From NCBI RefSeq assembly GCF_009914755.1, contig NC_060925.1: a stretch of 64,000 nucleotides of DNA; one strand, 5' to 3'. This document shows, in pieces, positions 63,480 to 64,000 of the stretch. The translations under genes and the position numbers were made by a program. Under the pieces are notes generated by a model. It was given only the letters and a program-made list of their open reading frames with translations, searched no databases and had not been told where the DNA came from. The DNA is from the human T2T-CHM13v2.0 reference genome, Homo sapiens. The stretch's first letter is position 1; each line of letters begins with the position of its first letter.

Positions 63480-64000
63480 GCTCTAGCGGCAGCAGGGCTG
63501 CGGATCCGCGTTCTCCCAGCTCCATTGCACTCCTCAGAGCGGTAGCCTCTGGGCTGAGAGAGTGGGCAACCCGCCTGCCCCACCTGGACTGGCCAGGCCT
63601 TTCCCTGTGCGCCCTAGGCTGGGCGGCTCAGCCGGTCTCCCAGGTCCCGGGAGGGGCGGAGCCGACGGGATGCGCGCCAGGCCCCGCCCCTCCTCCGGGC
63701 CCGCCCCCGGCCTGGCCATTGGCCGCAGAGCTCGGGGGCGTGGTCGAGCTGGGGCTGGGGGCGCCCGCGGTGCCCGCCCGCGAGTCTCGCTGCCTCCCTC
63801 CCGGGGCTGCGGGCCCGGCGGCCGGGCTGGCTGGGCCGCGCTTGGGTTCCCGCGCCGGCTCCCGCACCCGCAATGGGGAACTCACACCACAAGAGGAAGG
63901 CCCCCAGCGGTCCCCGGGTCCGCAGCTTCTGGCGGTTCGGGCGGTCGGCGAAGCGGCCGGCAGGTAGGGGCCGGGGTGGGGGCGGGGCAGGCAGGGAGGA
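63480..64000. promoter_or_regulatory. KIAA1522: CpG island / proximal alternative KIAA1522 promoter
   Basis: GC boxes (GGGGCGG ~63653, GCCCCGCCCC 63681-63690), inverted CCAAT (ATTGG 63718-63722), and G-runs just after the donor. Confidence 0.8.
63873..63963 (+). CDS. KIAA1522: KIAA1522/NHSL3 alternative first coding exon (MGNSHHKRKAPSGPRVRSFWRFGRSAKRPA + 1 nt)
   Basis: gcaATGG in a second CpG island; 91 nt (30 codons + 1) ending at CAG|GTAGGG (63964). It has the same phase 1 as the distal first exon, so both can splice to a common exon 2. Confidence 0.85.

Overview
Human (Alu-dense, roughly half Alu) genomic DNA that I recognise as the 1p35 interval holding the 5' ends of two divergent genes. 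SYNC (syncoilin, an intermediate-filament protein) is on the minus strand, with coding exon 1 at 12428-12480 and the 1180-nt exon 2 at 4689-5868; later exons lie left of the window. KIAA1522/NHSL3 is on the plus strand, with two alternative phase-1 first coding exons at 51768-52002 and 63873-63963, each in its own CpG island. The ~39 kb between them holds an orphan CpG island with CTCF, NRF1 and B-box motifs, old LTR/DNA/MIR/L2 fragments, an AluYa5 and a G-rich minisatellite. The most interesting signals are: (1) a candidate decayed, spliced minus-strand gene at ~28.5-31.6 kb with phase-compatible exons, a Kozak ATG and a POU-motif cluster; (2) an Alu whose middle was replaced by a copy of the neighbouring minisatellite, plus other templated-insertion scars in Alus; (3) a strict 12-residue repeat in the syncoilin head; (4) inverted Alus flanking SYNC exon 2 (circRNA candidate); (5) alternative basic, possibly myristoylated NHSL3 N-termini and a strong-Kozak uORF. 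There are no prokaryotic systems, CRISPR arrays, tRNA or rRNA genes. Gene and repeat names come from recognition, not database searches, and repeat boundaries are approximate.
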